DNA of 64,000 nt from assembly GCA_030390025.1 (NCBI GenBank), contig CM059432.1, forward strand, positions 122,018,001 through 122,082,000, given 5' to 3'. A program made the translations under genes and the position numbers. The notes beneath the pieces are model-generated. The model saw nothing but the letters and a program-made list of their open reading frames with translations, was not told the origin of the DNA and made no database searches. Origin of the DNA: Squalus acanthias. Taxonomy: Eukaryota. Positions 62,736 through 64,000 of the stretch are shown here, piece by piece (the stretch's first letter is position 1; the number at the start of each line of letters is the position of its first letter).

Positions 62736-63650
62736 TGGAGGTAAATTTAAACAAACTATAAAGTCTCTGTTTTACCTATCCTTTCCTTCCAGATTTTCTT
62801 TCAATTCTATTTTGGATCAATTTCTCTTCTGATGCGTTATCAATTTTTCATGCTCAAATTCTCCAGCTTTTCTATCATTAGGTTTGCCTCCCTCTCTGAC
62901 TTAGTCCTTTTAAATATCCAGTCATGGTTTGCCCATCTCTTGGTTCTCTGAAATCGCCATCTCAACTCTATATGTGATTTTTCTTGCTGTCTTGGTTCTT
63001 TGAAATCTCCGAGTAAAAATCCTCTTTGTTCTCCCCCTTGGCCAGTAATTTTAAGAACAAGGTGCAGGAGGGCAGTCGACACCCATGGTGATGTGCCCCA
63101 GCACGGGTCTCCCTCTTCAGGAGTGTATGGGAGAAGGCTGGAGTGCAGAGCTGAGAAGAAATGACCATAGAACCTTGGTACTAATAACAAAGAATATAAA
63201 TAGACCAGATTATTATTGCCTATTTTATATTAACTGTGCAGCAGACACTTTCCAACTTTTATAATTACAAAAATATTTTATTAACTATAATTGTTAAATT
63301 TCTTGTATTTGGAATCCTTGCTGACAGTTACTGTTATGAATGCTTTCATTCGATTGCTGAATTTTATTAATTTTTGTATATAAATGCATAAACAGCTGTG
63401 TTGTATGTAGATATCAGATTATTTGATGGGCACTTAAGTTTAATTTCCGGTTTGTTGATAAGATTCTATGTTTAAAATGACACTTGAGAATTTTTTTTAA
63501 AATGCTAAAAGCGACATTTTTCAATAAAACTCCAACAACAATGAATATAGTTGTAGAACTGATATATTTGGCTAATGAAATGCAGCTGCAGGTGGATGGG
63601 TGAATTCATTAAGCATGTGCTGTACTCAATGATCCTGCTTATGAATTATT

Positions 63651-64000
63651 GGGCCTGAATTTGCGATCGGAGGCTTCCCGTGGGCGGATGCCTCCGATCA
63701 TCAAAAAATCTACACATTTACCTGGTGGTCCGGGAGATACGGAGGCTTGCGATCCTGGGCCTCTCCTGGTAGAAATGCCGAGAGGCCCACGTATCCCAGG
63801 GGCGCACGCAGTTCGCAAGCGCCCCTGGGATCATGTGGGCTGGCCCAACCAATGAAAGAAGGGAATCCCCATTCATACTTATGGGAGTGCCGTGCGTACA
63901 GCACTGTCATAAATATGAATGGGGATGACTTAAAAAATACACGAGCACATGAAATACATTTCTTTTAATTACATATATAAAATTAATTAAAATGGCATTT
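63651..64000. mobile_element. Family D Harbinger-type MITE, runs off the window end
   Basis: Starts GGGCCTGAATTTGCGATCGGAGGC; reverse homolog of 50430-50705. Confidence 0.75.

Overview
This is eukaryotic, transposon-dense vertebrate DNA. The repeat families suggest a cartilaginous fish, which is an inference. No host gene is confidently visible. The window holds many CR1 and L2 LINE copies, tRNA-derived SINEs, a Penelope-like retroelement (RT + GIY-YIG) with a minimal hammerhead ribozyme in its 3' pseudo-LTR, and a truncated LTR/ERV-like element (5' LTR, tRNA-Trp PBS, gag-like frame with PSAP). It also holds a large set of PIF/Harbinger DNA transposons. Two of these (9711-14020 and 46101-50209) look fully intact: TIRs, 3-bp TSDs, an open DDE transposase, and a convergent 3-exon Myb/SANT-like gene that the ORF track misses. 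Other notable structure includes a four-layer nested insertion (CR1 > Harbinger MITE > Penelope > autonomous Harbinger) with TSDs readable for all three inserted layers, a chimeric Harbinger with ends from two families, and a palindromic Harbinger target preference around a variable central triplet.
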